DNA of 64,000 nt from an uncultured archaeon (GTDB taxonomy: Archaea > Thermoproteota > EX4484-205 > JAAOZP01). Below the pieces are notes generated by a model that did not search any database, was not told the DNA's origin, and saw nothing but the letters and a program-made list of their open reading frames with translations. Numbering within the stretch: position 1 is the first letter of the stretch; the number at the start of each line of letters is the position of its first letter. Both the position numbers and the translations under genes were made by a program. Below, piece after piece: positions 1-9,179 of the stretch. Location: assembly GCA_938045545.1 (NCBI GenBank), contig CALIBN010000007.1, forward strand, positions 64,001 to 128,000. The letters run 5' to 3'.

Positions 1-1486
1 AATCATTTGGTGTCTAATGATGGTTTTCCAGGCCGCGTTAATCAGGCTGCAGCTGATTAAAAAAGAGAGGCTCCCATTCCCAATGATGATTCCGATTAAC
101 GAGATGCTTTCACAGCATCAGAAGGGAACCTTTACGCAATACATGAAGAAGCTTCCATTCATAGCAGGGGTAATACTGGGATGCATAATAGGTATACTAG
201 GGGCTTTAAACTATATTATTAAATTCACGACGGTGTTCTTCGCCTTCGGACAGTTCTACCAGCAATGGTTCGCCGACCTTATGAGCTCGATCTCTCAAAA
301 CACGATACAATCCTGGTGGATGTTCATACCCGCGGATGCTGCAATCATGTACCTTGCCCCCTTGGACATTCTTTCCTCAATAGTCATCTGGCTGTTCATC
401 TTCCAAATCCTGTTCCCACTGGTCCTCGTCAACACTGGGGTGATAACGCCCAACACTAACCCGGCTGGTACAGGCCCGTTCCCATGGCTAAACTTCAGCT
501 ACTACTGGGCCCCGTTGGCGATAGGCATCTGGACAATAGTCTTCGGCTACAAGACTTATGCTGAGAGCTTGAAGAAGAAGGAGTTTGCCCCGGGCGAACT
601 CCCAAATTCACTCGTATGGTACGGCTTCGCAGCCACATGGCTTCTCTGGCTCATCCTATGGGTCATATTCGGAGCCAACGTTCTCCCGTTGCTAGTGGGC
701 TTCATCGTGTGGTTCCTGTATACGACGGGTATGGTTGCTGTCTGCGGGGCAACAGGTACCTGGGTAGCTGGAGGAGACGCTGTTCCGGCGAGATTCTTAG
801 CGTGGGGAGTAGGCACTGGAATAGGCCTGTTCCCAGCAAGCGGTGCGGCTGCTAAAACTCAATCCGCGTGGGCAACGATGGCCGGCGTCAGCATAACTGC
901 CAGCATGGGTGGAGTGATTCATCAGAACACGCATTCCGCTTGGGCCTACACGTCAACCTACACGATGGTTGAACCCGCTAAGGTGAAGGAAACAGACATT
1001 CTAAAGTCGCACATCCTAGGAATACTTATAACGGTGCTTATCGGTGTTCCAGTTGCCGTCTACATAATCTACGGGACTGGAATAGGCCAGCTGAAGGCCT
1101 GGGGCCTCGGCAGCGGTGCAAACATCACCGGCTTCCAAGTGCCATGGGTAGTGGCTGATGCAGCGCCTCCTGCAGGCTTCCACTGGTGGATGTTCCCACT
1201 GGCTATAGTCGTGGTCGGCATCTTGTTCTTCCTGAGGGCTAGGTTCGCATGGTTCTTCTTCAGCCCGTATGCGTTATTCTTCTACTCTGGAATGTGGCTG
1301 ATAAACGCCGGGGTAGCGTGGATACTTAAACTCATAACGCTTAAAGTATTCGGAGCGAAGGCCTACGAAGAGGTTGGAGTACCCGTAGCAATAGGCTTCA
1401 TGGTTGGTGTCACTCTCATGGCTACGATAATCATGGGAGTGAACTCTGCTACCGGAGGAATATCAGTAGGACCGACAGGCTATTAG
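1..1486 (+). CDS. OPT-superfamily-like multi-pass membrane protein (cassette 1, gene A), 5'-truncated by the window edge
   Basis: The frame is open from base 2 (IIWCLMMV...). It has many TM segments and the motifs ERLPFP, YLAPLDIL and LKLITLKVFGAKAYEEVGVPVAIG, all shared with 41994..44090. It resembles what I recall as DUF6785/DUF6784 putative transporters (unverified). Confidence 0.7.
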   Translation, partial: IIWCLMMVFQAALIRLQLIKKERLPFPMMIPINEMLSQHQKGTFTQYMKKLPFIAGVILGCIIGILGALNYIIKFTTVFFAFGQFYQQWFADLMSSISQNTIQSWWMFIPADAAIMYLAPLDILSSIVIWLFIFQILFPLVLVNTGVITPNTNPAGTGPFPWLNFSYYWAPLAIGIWTIVFGYKTYAESLKKKEFAPGELPNSLVWYGFAATWLLWLILWVIFGANVLPLLVGFIVWFLYTTGMVAVCGATGTWVAGGDAVPARFLAWGVGTGIGLFPASGAAAKTQSAWATMAGVSITASMGGVIHQNTHSAWAYTSTYTMVEPAKVKETDILKSHILGILITVLIGVPVAVYIIYGTGIGQLKAWGLGSGANITGFQVPWVVADAAPPAGFHWWMFPLAIVVVGILFFLRARFAWFFFSPYALFFYSGMWLINAGVAWILKLITLKVFGAKAYEEVGVPVAIGFMVGVTLMATIIMGVNSATGGISVGPTGY

Positions 1487-1494
1487 ATCCAAAC

Positions 1495-1507
1495 CCTCTT
1501 TTTTTTG
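1495..1507 (+). terminator. Archaeal oligo-T terminator after cassette 1 gene A
   Basis: cctcTTTTTTTTg, with the T8 run 12 nt after the stop codon. Confidence 0.55.
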
Positions 1508-1599
1508 AGCCACGGCTTAGTTGCTTCCATGTCAGCTTAAGCCTCCTTATCGTTACCCTTGAGGACATGAGCTTCCTTTTAAAGAGGGGTTTTAACGAC

Positions 1600-1632
1600 G
1601 TAAAGTTTAAATCAATCTCGGTGGAGTTCCAC
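1600..1632 (+). promoter_or_regulatory. TATA box (AAAGTTTAAAT) and short inverted repeat GTGGA-gt-TCCAC upstream of the 1505-aa gene
   Basis: TTTAAAT at 1606-1612 lies about 25-30 nt before ATG 1637. The palindrome is at 1621-1632. Confidence 0.4.
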
Positions 1633-1636
1633 GTTA

Positions 1637-4600
1637 ATGATAATAGTCCAAAGAAAATATTTGCTTGTTGCTGTGTTTTTAACGATGCTTGTTGTCCCTC
1701 TCTTAGCAATACGGGGGAGTCGGGAGGCTGTTGAAGAAAAAACCTGGTTAAACCAGGAAGCCCCGTTGGTTTCAGCTGACAGGATAAGAGACTATGTGGC
1801 GTTGTTTTCATCAATACAGTCAAGGTTCACAGGCTACCCGGGCTCTCTCCAAGCAGCCAGAATCATAATGGACAAGTTTAACGAATCTGACCTGAATGTT
1901 AGCCTTTTCAACTACACGGTGCTGGTCCCGTATGACTCCGGCTCATACATGAAGGTGGGTGGAAGAGTGATTAAGGCTTATGCTCTCTACCCTAATGTTG
2001 TAGCCACGGGTTTGAAAAAGGCTTCCGGAAAGCTTGTCTACGCGGGCCACGGTACTCCGGAGGAGCTTAGGGGACTTGACGTGAATGGTAACATAGTCCT
2101 CCTTGAGTTTAACTCCGGGTCTGCATGGGTAGACATGGTTAAGCTGGGCGCCTCCGGCATCGTTTTCCTAGAGGACGGTGACACGAATCGCTTCGAAGCA
2201 TTGAGAAAAATCTCCTCTGTCCCACTGAATACTCCAAGAATATACGTAGCAGGCCAGGAAGCGTCTCAGCTCAGAGAAATCGCTAAAAACAATCCGGTTG
2301 CAGAGCTCGTTAACGGTATGGAGTGGAGAGAAGTTGAGGCTGTTAACGTGATTGGGGAAATGAAGGGTGTTGAAGACCCGTCTAAAGTAATTATTATAAC
2401 GGCGAACTATGACTCCGGGTCGATTGTACCAGGGGTCGCTCCGGGGGCTGATGAAGCCATAGGTATTTCTGTCATGCTTGAATTCATCAGATCTTTGAAG
2501 CATCAGGGCCTCTCGCCGAGATACACAGTTCTTTTTATAGCGATGTCTGGACATTGGCAGGCCCTAGCCGGTGCTAGAAGCTTCGTGGAACAATTCTACT
2601 TTAACAATTCCGCGATAGGCAGGGAAGTCTTCCCGTATCTCGTCATAGACATTAAGATCAGCTCAGGAAGCCCGCACTTAAACCTTGTTTACAGCGGCAT
2701 GATGTACTCCATCAATACTCAGTATATTGCAAGCAGGTTCAGAGACCTCCGAATATTTTTTGCAAATTCAATTAAATCTTTCATTCAATCTTTCCCAAGC
2801 TATAGCGAAAAGGTTTTAACGAGCAACCTGTATCCTGGTCTATACGGCATTGCATACGACTCGGCTAGTCCCGGTTTTCAGAAGGGCCTTGCCTTCAAGC
2901 ATATTCTCGAAATGGAGCCTTTTGAGCTGGCTAACAGCATTGGGCTCGGAATAATTACTTTCGACGACTTCAGGTATCGCGTTTTCACCCCGTCTGACAG
3001 GCTGGAGTTCATCGATTTCCAGAACGTCATACCTCAAGCACAGCTAACATTCCAGATCCTGTTCGACCTGTTGAAGGCTCCGGTTGAAGAATGGTATCCA
3101 GGCAGTTGGGAGGGTTTAAGACCGTTAAGAATGGGTGAAACCTACACTGGAGTTGGTTTCACTGTATTAAAGGTTGAAGTGGTTGAATACGACCCGACTA
3201 CGCCAGGCCTATACAGCCCGGTTCCAAAAGCTTTCGTCACAGTGGGGAGCACGTTGGACCCATTCACGCTGATGTTTTCTAAATCAGATTCTTCAGGCTT
3301 CGCGGTGTTCAGGGGTTTAAGGCCATATCCTGAGGCGACGACCGCGTTGCAAACCCCTATTCAGAGCTACGTGATCGACGAGGAGGGGAGAATAATCTAC
3401 GCCCCAGACAGGGGGCAGCATGGTGCCGGAACATATCCTTCAAGCGTAACGATAGTCTCACCTGAACAATTCACGAGGAACGTTGTGTTTAAATGCGGGA
3501 GCGCCGTCATGTTCGATTTAACCGACCCGGACACTCTGCAGGCTGCAGTCTCTCCAAGCTCGATGTTTGGAACCACGAATGCTTATTCGGCACAGCTCAG
3601 GAATTACGGTGGCTACGAGACCCCGCTAACGATAAGCGTGATGATGATGCAGATACCTGGATACTCTATTCTAGACTCGTTCGGCTACGAGTTCGACCCC
3701 ATTCTGTCGGTTGCACAGGTTTACGCCCCGCCCCGCATCAGGTTCGGCTTCGTTGTTAAAAGCACGTCTATGGCTAAAACGGTTGCAGTCTATACGAATG
3801 TGACTCTGCAGAACCAGGATGGGTACGGGTATTATTTGGGTAAAGAGGGGGACAGGCTGCTCGTAAAGGGTGGAATACCCGGCATGTTCATGGAGATGTT
3901 GACATTAGCATATGGCAGGTATTTGGCTCAAGCAGATATTCAAGTTCTGGACCCAAAGACGATGGAGAATTTGAATTATGCGATAATGTTTAACCAGACG
4001 CTTCTTCAGACGGCTTCGAAAAAGGATTACAGCGGGTTCTTGACGAGCGCTTTAATGGCTTGGGGGTTCTCCAGCAAGGCTTACCAAAGCTCTTTGAGCG
4101 TTGTACGCGACGCGGTTACGAGCATAATTCTCGTATTCGCTTTAGCAATACCCTTCATCCTTCTGTTTTCCTCCCTGGTTTACAATTTGAGCAGCGGCTT
4201 TAGAAGCGTCGCCCTTACTCTTGCTGTGGCGCTGTCCGTGGCGTTGCTTTTAACAGTATTCCACCCGGGTTTCGGGCTAGCGGTAAACGTGCCTGCAATA
4301 TTCATAGGGACGCTGATAGTTGCCCTGGTTATTCCAGTGATGTTCTTCCTGTTCTCCAACTTCTCTACAGGGCTTTCCAGGCTGAGGAGAGAAGTTCTTG
4401 GTGCGCACTTCCTTGAGAGAAGCGGATTCGACGTTTCGTTTTCAGCCGTATCCATAGGAATAGGCAACTTGAAGAAGCGTAAGTTTAGAACAGTATTAAC
4501 GATGCTGTGCATAGTAATCATAAGCTTCTCGCTTTCGTCTCTGACTTCCGTGACGGAGATAAGGGCTTTAAGAGTTACCCCAACGCCCACCGAGGTAACT

Positions 4601-6154
4601 TACAACGGGGTGCTGCTGAGAACAGCCAACTTCGTCCCTTTAAACAGGAAGTTGATCGACCTAGTGTCAACCTACATATCTGGCAAGACACTTTATGCTC
4701 CGAGGTACTGGGTTTATCTTCCTTCCACTCCTGGAGAGGGGACTGCTGGCACAATAGTAATATCCTCTGAGAAAAGCAAGGCTTTGATCTACGCGGCTGT
4801 CGGAATAAGCCCTGTAGAGTTGAAAGCATCGTTCAAGCAGGTTGAAAAAATACTTTTAGAAGGATCCATGTTTAAAGAGGAAGAGGTTTTCTCAGCATTA
4901 TTGCCGAACAGCCTTGCGGAAAGCCTTAAGGTGAAGACAGGCGAATACGTCTGGGTTAACGGCTTCCGCTTAAGAGTAGCAGGCATACTCAACACGACCG
5001 CAATTCTAGCATATGTGAAAGATTCAGATGGTTTCGTGGACGTCCTGCCCATGGACACGTATATTCTTTCGAACGAGAGAACTCCTCCCCGTGCTGAGGC
5101 AGCGTTGAGCCCAGGATCCGTAATATTCGTGCCCGCCGGCCTGGTTGAATTGATTCCGGAGGCATGCTTGACAAGCGTTTTCATACCGGCAGACGGGATG
5201 GTGTTCGAGGAACTTTACGAGAAGTGCGGCGAGGTTTTCTCCGCTTTCGAAGGTTTAAACATTTATCTGACGTATAACGGCACTGTCTACCGGTTCTCCA
5301 AGGAGAACGTTATCTCGCTATTCGGCTTCCAGTTCATTCTAATACCCATGATCATCGCGGGGCTGATAACTATGTCGACGATCCTAGGCGGAGTCATGGA
5401 GAGAATACGTGAGGGCTACATATATAGCAGTCTAGGCCTAGCACCGGTTCAAGTAGGCTTAATGTTCTTCGGGGAGAACATCATATACGCTATCGTAGGC
5501 TCGATGACAGGCTATCTCGGCGGCATCTCAGCCTCATACTTGACGAGGAAAATAGGCTTGATAAACCTCCCTGTGAACTACACGTCGTCATTCGTCATGA
5601 TAGCTGTCGGTCTGGTGATAGTGCTGGTTCTGGCAGCGTCGCTCTACCCGTTCTACAGAGTCTCCGTCACAGTAACCCCGTCGCTAGAGAGGAAGTGGCG
5701 TCTCCAGACTAAGCCGAAGGGAGACTCGTGGGACATACCGATACCTTTCCGTATAAAGGAGGATGATAGGGCCGCAGGAATGGCTGTTTTCCTCCATGAG
5801 TATCTCTGGAATAAGAGGATAGAGAGGGCAGGAGTCTTCTCCATTGAAAACGTTGAGGTCAGCAAGATAGAGTCTGGGATTGGTATTAAGTCAAGAGTCT
5901 GGCTGGCACCATTCGAGCAGAACATAAAGCAGGATATGAACATAGTGATATTGAAGAGCAAGACAGAGCAGAATTTCCTTATTTTAATGAATCTAACCAG
6001 GGTGTCCGGACCCTACGACTCATGGGTCAGGTTCAACTATCCCTTTATTGATGAGATAAGGAAGCAAATGCTGATATGGAACGTTCTCAATCCAGAGGAG
6101 CGGGAGAAATACATACGTATGGCTAGGGAGCGTAGCCTAGTAGGTGAGAAATAA
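1637..6154 (+). CDS. Large membrane protein: degenerate M28 peptidase-like + PA domain ectodomain fused to a MacB/FtsX-like permease (cassette 1, gene B)
   Basis: N-terminal signal/TM. SRFTGYPG, PA-like GKLVYAGHG...GNIVLL and M28-like ANYDS...APGADEAIG. MacB TM1 GNLKKRKFRTVLT, FtsX coupling helix ERIREGYIYSSLGL, and a C-terminal cytoplasmic domain. Confidence 0.8.
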   Translation: MIIVQRKYLLVAVFLTMLVVPLLAIRGSREAVEEKTWLNQEAPLVSADRIRDYVALFSSIQSRFTGYPGSLQAARIIMDKFNESDLNVSLFNYTVLVPYDSGSYMKVGGRVIKAYALYPNVVATGLKKASGKLVYAGHGTPEELRGLDVNGNIVLLEFNSGSAWVDMVKLGASGIVFLEDGDTNRFEALRKISSVPLNTPRIYVAGQEASQLREIAKNNPVAELVNGMEWREVEAVNVIGEMKGVEDPSKVIIITANYDSGSIVPGVAPGADEAIGISVMLEFIRSLKHQGLSPRYTVLFIAMSGHWQALAGARSFVEQFYFNNSAIGREVFPYLVIDIKISSGSPHLNLVYSGMMYSINTQYIASRFRDLRIFFANSIKSFIQSFPSYSEKVLTSNLYPGLYGIAYDSASPGFQKGLAFKHILEMEPFELANSIGLGIITFDDFRYRVFTPSDRLEFIDFQNVIPQAQLTFQILFDLLKAPVEEWYPGSWEGLRPLRMGETYTGVGFTVLKVEVVEYDPTTPGLYSPVPKAFVTVGSTLDPFTLMFSKSDSSGFAVFRGLRPYPEATTALQTPIQSYVIDEEGRIIYAPDRGQHGAGTYPSSVTIVSPEQFTRNVVFKCGSAVMFDLTDPDTLQAAVSPSSMFGTTNAYSAQLRNYGGYETPLTISVMMMQIPGYSILDSFGYEFDPILSVAQVYAPPRIRFGFVVKSTSMAKTVAVYTNVTLQNQDGYGYYLGKEGDRLLVKGGIPGMFMEMLTLAYGRYLAQADIQVLDPKTMENLNYAIMFNQTLLQTASKKDYSGFLTSALMAWGFSSKAYQSSLSVVRDAVTSIILVFALAIPFILLFSSLVYNLSSGFRSVALTLAVALSVALLLTVFHPGFGLAVNVPAIFIGTLIVALVIPVMFFLFSNFSTGLSRLRREVLGAHFLERSGFDVSFSAVSIGIGNLKKRKFRTVLTMLCIVIISFSLSSLTSVTEIRALRVTPTPTEVTYNGVLLRTANFVPLNRKLIDLVSTYISGKTLYAPRYWVYLPSTPGEGTAGTIVISSEKSKALIYAAVGISPVELKASFKQVEKILLEGSMFKEEEVFSALLPNSLAESLKVKTGEYVWVNGFRLRVAGILNTTAILAYVKDSDGFVDVLPMDTYILSNERTPPRAEAALSPGSVIFVPAGLVELIPEACLTSVFIPADGMVFEELYEKCGEVFSAFEGLNIYLTYNGTVYRFSKENVISLFGFQFILIPMIIAGLITMSTILGGVMERIREGYIYSSLGLAPVQVGLMFFGENIIYAIVGSMTGYLGGISASYLTRKIGLINLPVNYTSSFVMIAVGLVIVLVLAASLYPFYRVSVTVTPSLERKWRLQTKPKGDSWDIPIPFRIKEDDRAAGMAVFLHEYLWNKRIERAGVFSIENVEVSKIESGIGIKSRVWLAPFEQNIKQDMNIVILKSKTEQNFLILMNLTRVSGPYDSWVRFNYPFIDEIRKQMLIWNVLNPEEREKYIRMARERSLVGEK

Positions 6155-8073
6155 TGGAAGAGGCTGCACGTGAAAAAGAAGCTTTCATCCCTGGGCTGAC
6201 AATCGTATCGGTCTCCGCAGTATTGTTCGGGCTTGTGGTAATCGTGCCCGCAATAATCTATTTAGGCTGGGCCGTCGGCTCTTTAGGTGGGACCGAGAGG
6301 TTCATCCCGGTTTTCGTCACAATCCTCCTATTCACCGAGGCGGGGAGGCTCGTTAAGAGGTATATAACATCGCAGGAGGCTTACATAATATACTTCATGC
6401 TTCAAGCCATAGCCCTATGGTTCGTCGGCGGAGGAATGTTCGGCGATTTCCTTATAAGGTATTACTACAGGTCCGCCCCTTACACTATCCTATACGGTAT
6501 CGCTGAAAAGCTTCCCACATGGTATGTCCCTGAGCTCGGGAGCTACGGCCCACTCCACAGGACTTTCCTCTCCCCAGACTGGGTGATTCCGATATCGATT
6601 TCTCTAGCTGTTAACGTTTGCGTGCTGATGATAGATTACGGTGTTTCTTTCATAACAAACATGCTCTACATAGAGATAGAGAAGCTCCCATTCCCCGTCG
6701 CACCCATAGACTACCAGGCGATTTCAACCCTTACTGAGAGAACACCTGAGAAAATAATGTACTTCTCTTTCGCCGCTGTGATAAGCTTCATCTACGAGTT
6801 CGCCATCTATGGGATTCCAAACATAACCTCGATTTTCCTAGGCAGGGCTATAACCGTCATACCGTATCCCTGGGTGGACTTAACCACGGGGATTGAAAGA
6901 ATCCTGCCAGGAGCCGTTTTTGCAGTCGGAACTGATATTGCTCAATACATGGTGGGCTGGCTTATCCCGTTTAACGCCGCGGTATGGATGTTCATCGGGT
7001 CGGTGGCAGTCTGGGTTTTCGGAAACTCTATAGCGCTCAGGATTGACCATCCCTACTTCAGCATGTGGCAGAGAGAATGGACTTACGGCGCGTCAATCCA
7101 ATGGTGGTGGCAGAGAGCAATCTACGACCTGTGGGCAAGTCCACAAGTAGGTTTAACACTCGGGATCGCGCTTGGAATACTTGCTGTAGGAGCCAAAAAC
7201 ATTGCGCGAGCAATCCTCTCCCTCAGACATCTTTCGGCAGAGCAGCTTAAAACATCATACTTGCCTTTCAGCTGGATAGTTGCTTTAATCGCCGCCGGGT
7301 CTATAGGCGGGTTGCTTGTTTCAGTCTCCCTTGCCCCAGAACTATGGTTCGTCTGGGTGGTGACCTGGACGATAGTTCCGTTTATTCAAGGTATTCTGAC
7401 AGCCAGGGCCACTGCTGAAACCGGGTTATCTGTCACCATACCCTACATTAGGGAGGCGTTCTTCGTTTCTTTCACAAGGCCTGGAGACGTGGTCCCGTGG
7501 GTGGTTCCGACTCATGTGACAAGTAGCGCCGGGATAATTACGCACAGGGTCTACGTGGCTAAGCTCCTGAAAGTCAGGCCCCTGGACTACTACAAGGCCT
7601 ACCTCATATTCTTCATAGTAGCTATTCTCCTATCCCTGCTGTACGTTTCAATATTCTGGGCGATGACACCCATACCTTCTGCCTTCTACCCCTACGCCAG
7701 CTACTCCTGGCCTATTTCAGCCCTCTACTTCTCCCTATGGGTCTCCAGGTCGATCGAGATTTTCAAGGTGGACGTGATAGCTATCTCAAGCGTCTTATCC
7801 TTCATAATGGTCGTCGTCTCCTCCCGTTTCCCAACGCAATACTTCTCCCCAATAGGCTTCCTATACGGTTTTCAAAACATTCCCGCTTACACGCTTCCAC
7901 CGTTGATCGGAGCCCTGATCGGAAAATGGCTTGAGAGGAGAATGGGTAAGGATAAATGGGTGGTGCGGAGAGGAGTGATAATCGCCGGAACATTCTGCGG
8001 GATCGCGCTTGCAGTAGCAGCCGCTGTCGCCGTCACTATAATGGGGAGAGCGATAACAGCTAAACCTTTCTAG
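6154..8073 (+). CDS. OPT/YSL-superfamily-like transporter (cassette 1, gene C)
   Basis: About 16 TMs and an IEIEKLPFP motif. The start overlaps the upstream stop (TAATG). Paralog of 48705..50582. Confidence 0.7.
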   Translation: MEEAAREKEAFIPGLTIVSVSAVLFGLVVIVPAIIYLGWAVGSLGGTERFIPVFVTILLFTEAGRLVKRYITSQEAYIIYFMLQAIALWFVGGGMFGDFLIRYYYRSAPYTILYGIAEKLPTWYVPELGSYGPLHRTFLSPDWVIPISISLAVNVCVLMIDYGVSFITNMLYIEIEKLPFPVAPIDYQAISTLTERTPEKIMYFSFAAVISFIYEFAIYGIPNITSIFLGRAITVIPYPWVDLTTGIERILPGAVFAVGTDIAQYMVGWLIPFNAAVWMFIGSVAVWVFGNSIALRIDHPYFSMWQREWTYGASIQWWWQRAIYDLWASPQVGLTLGIALGILAVGAKNIARAILSLRHLSAEQLKTSYLPFSWIVALIAAGSIGGLLVSVSLAPELWFVWVVTWTIVPFIQGILTARATAETGLSVTIPYIREAFFVSFTRPGDVVPWVVPTHVTSSAGIITHRVYVAKLLKVRPLDYYKAYLIFFIVAILLSLLYVSIFWAMTPIPSAFYPYASYSWPISALYFSLWVSRSIEIFKVDVIAISSVLSFIMVVVSSRFPTQYFSPIGFLYGFQNIPAYTLPPLIGALIGKWLERRMGKDKWVVRRGVIIAGTFCGIALAVAAAVAVTIMGRAITAKPF

Positions 8074-8075
8074 AG

Positions 8076-9125
8076 TTAGCGGCTGTGCTTATTTCCTTTT
8101 AGCGCGCCTATCTCGGAAGTATAGAGAATTAGTCGGTCTACCTCCGTGCTCCATCCAAGCTCCCTGGTGTGATTCGGATCCACCGCCTCAACCCATATTA
8201 GCCACCTGTCGCCCCTTATCTTGTCGAATAAGGCTTGAGCATAGGTGTGAATCGGGTACTCGGCGTGTTCGAAACGTGAAAGCGGCGTCCAAACTTTTTC
8301 GAAAATAGTTTCTAGATTAAGCCTTCCTAAATCAATACTGTAGGCGACAAAATGTTTGGTAAGCGCGTTTCCCCTTATCACGTCCAGCGTTTTCGTGCCG
8401 ATGAAAATCAGACCCGTTGAGCCTGGGATTATTGAGCCGCTGAGCAGGAAGAAGTCTGGTTGACTCTTGCCGTCAACAGTAGGTACTCCAAGCTTAACCC
8501 AGTTCTTCCCATCGCTACCGACAGCCAACGCCGTCTTCACGATGCTTGTGCCCGCCCTCCTAGCCTTGTAGAGGCAGAAGTATCTGCCATCAACTATGTC
8601 TATAGTGGCGTCTCTCGATTCTCCACTGTCGTATTCCTCGCTTCCTCTGATTACGAAGCCTTCAGGCTCCCATGGGCCGGAAGGGTCTTCCGAAGTAAGT
8701 AGGAAGGTTTCCCACCTGCTCTCTGTGAAAGCCTTCCCCTCGACAACCAAGTTCTCCCTTGAAACATTCAGCGAAAGATAAAGATGGTATCTCCCAGTCA
8801 AAGGGTCTTTTAAAAGCTGCTGGTTCTCTATGCTTAGAATCTGGTTTTCCGTCATCTTGCTCAACTCTTCCTTAGTAATCCATGTTACCAGACCATAATT
8901 CTCACCGTCCTTCGACCTGTATATTTCCACAGCGTACCCTCTCTTCATTTCCCTCATCTCCCTGGGCCTACTCGTCAACCAGTATTCCCTATTCTCCTCA
9001 TCGATCCACATTTTTCCAGCGCCGCACCAAGAGCCAGGGTTGAAATTGGGAGGGTCGAGGAGCACCTTGTTAAACCTTCTTTTGGAGAAGATGGCTTGAG
9101 GCGGGTATAGGCCATACCAGCTCAT
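8076..9125 (-). CDS. Putative five-bladed beta-propeller glycoside hydrolase-like protein
   Basis: Repeated propeller-like segments (YRSKDGENY, DPLTGRYHLYLS, SEDPSGPW, RDATIDIVDGRYFCLY, GSDGKNW). No signal peptide. Confidence 0.45.
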   Translation of the reverse strand: MSWYGLYPPQAIFSKRRFNKVLLDPPNFNPGSWCGAGKMWIDEENREYWLTSRPREMREMKRGYAVEIYRSKDGENYGLVTWITKEELSKMTENQILSIENQQLLKDPLTGRYHLYLSLNVSRENLVVEGKAFTESRWETFLLTSEDPSGPWEPEGFVIRGSEEYDSGESRDATIDIVDGRYFCLYKARRAGTSIVKTALAVGSDGKNWVKLGVPTVDGKSQPDFFLLSGSIIPGSTGLIFIGTKTLDVIRGNALTKHFVAYSIDLGRLNLETIFEKVWTPLSRFEHAEYPIHTYAQALFDKIRGDRWLIWVEAVDPNHTRELGWSTEVDRLILYTSEIGALKGNKHSR

Positions 9126-9179
9126 AACAACACTGAGAAAAGAAGTGTTATTTAAGGCTTCGCCATTGTTTTCACTTTT

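Noticed and set aside
1637-6154. Protein B as an active secreted aminopeptidase or a cell-division FtsX
   Set aside because: The Zn-ligand His and catalytic EE are missing in both paralogs, and there is no ftsE or division-gene context.
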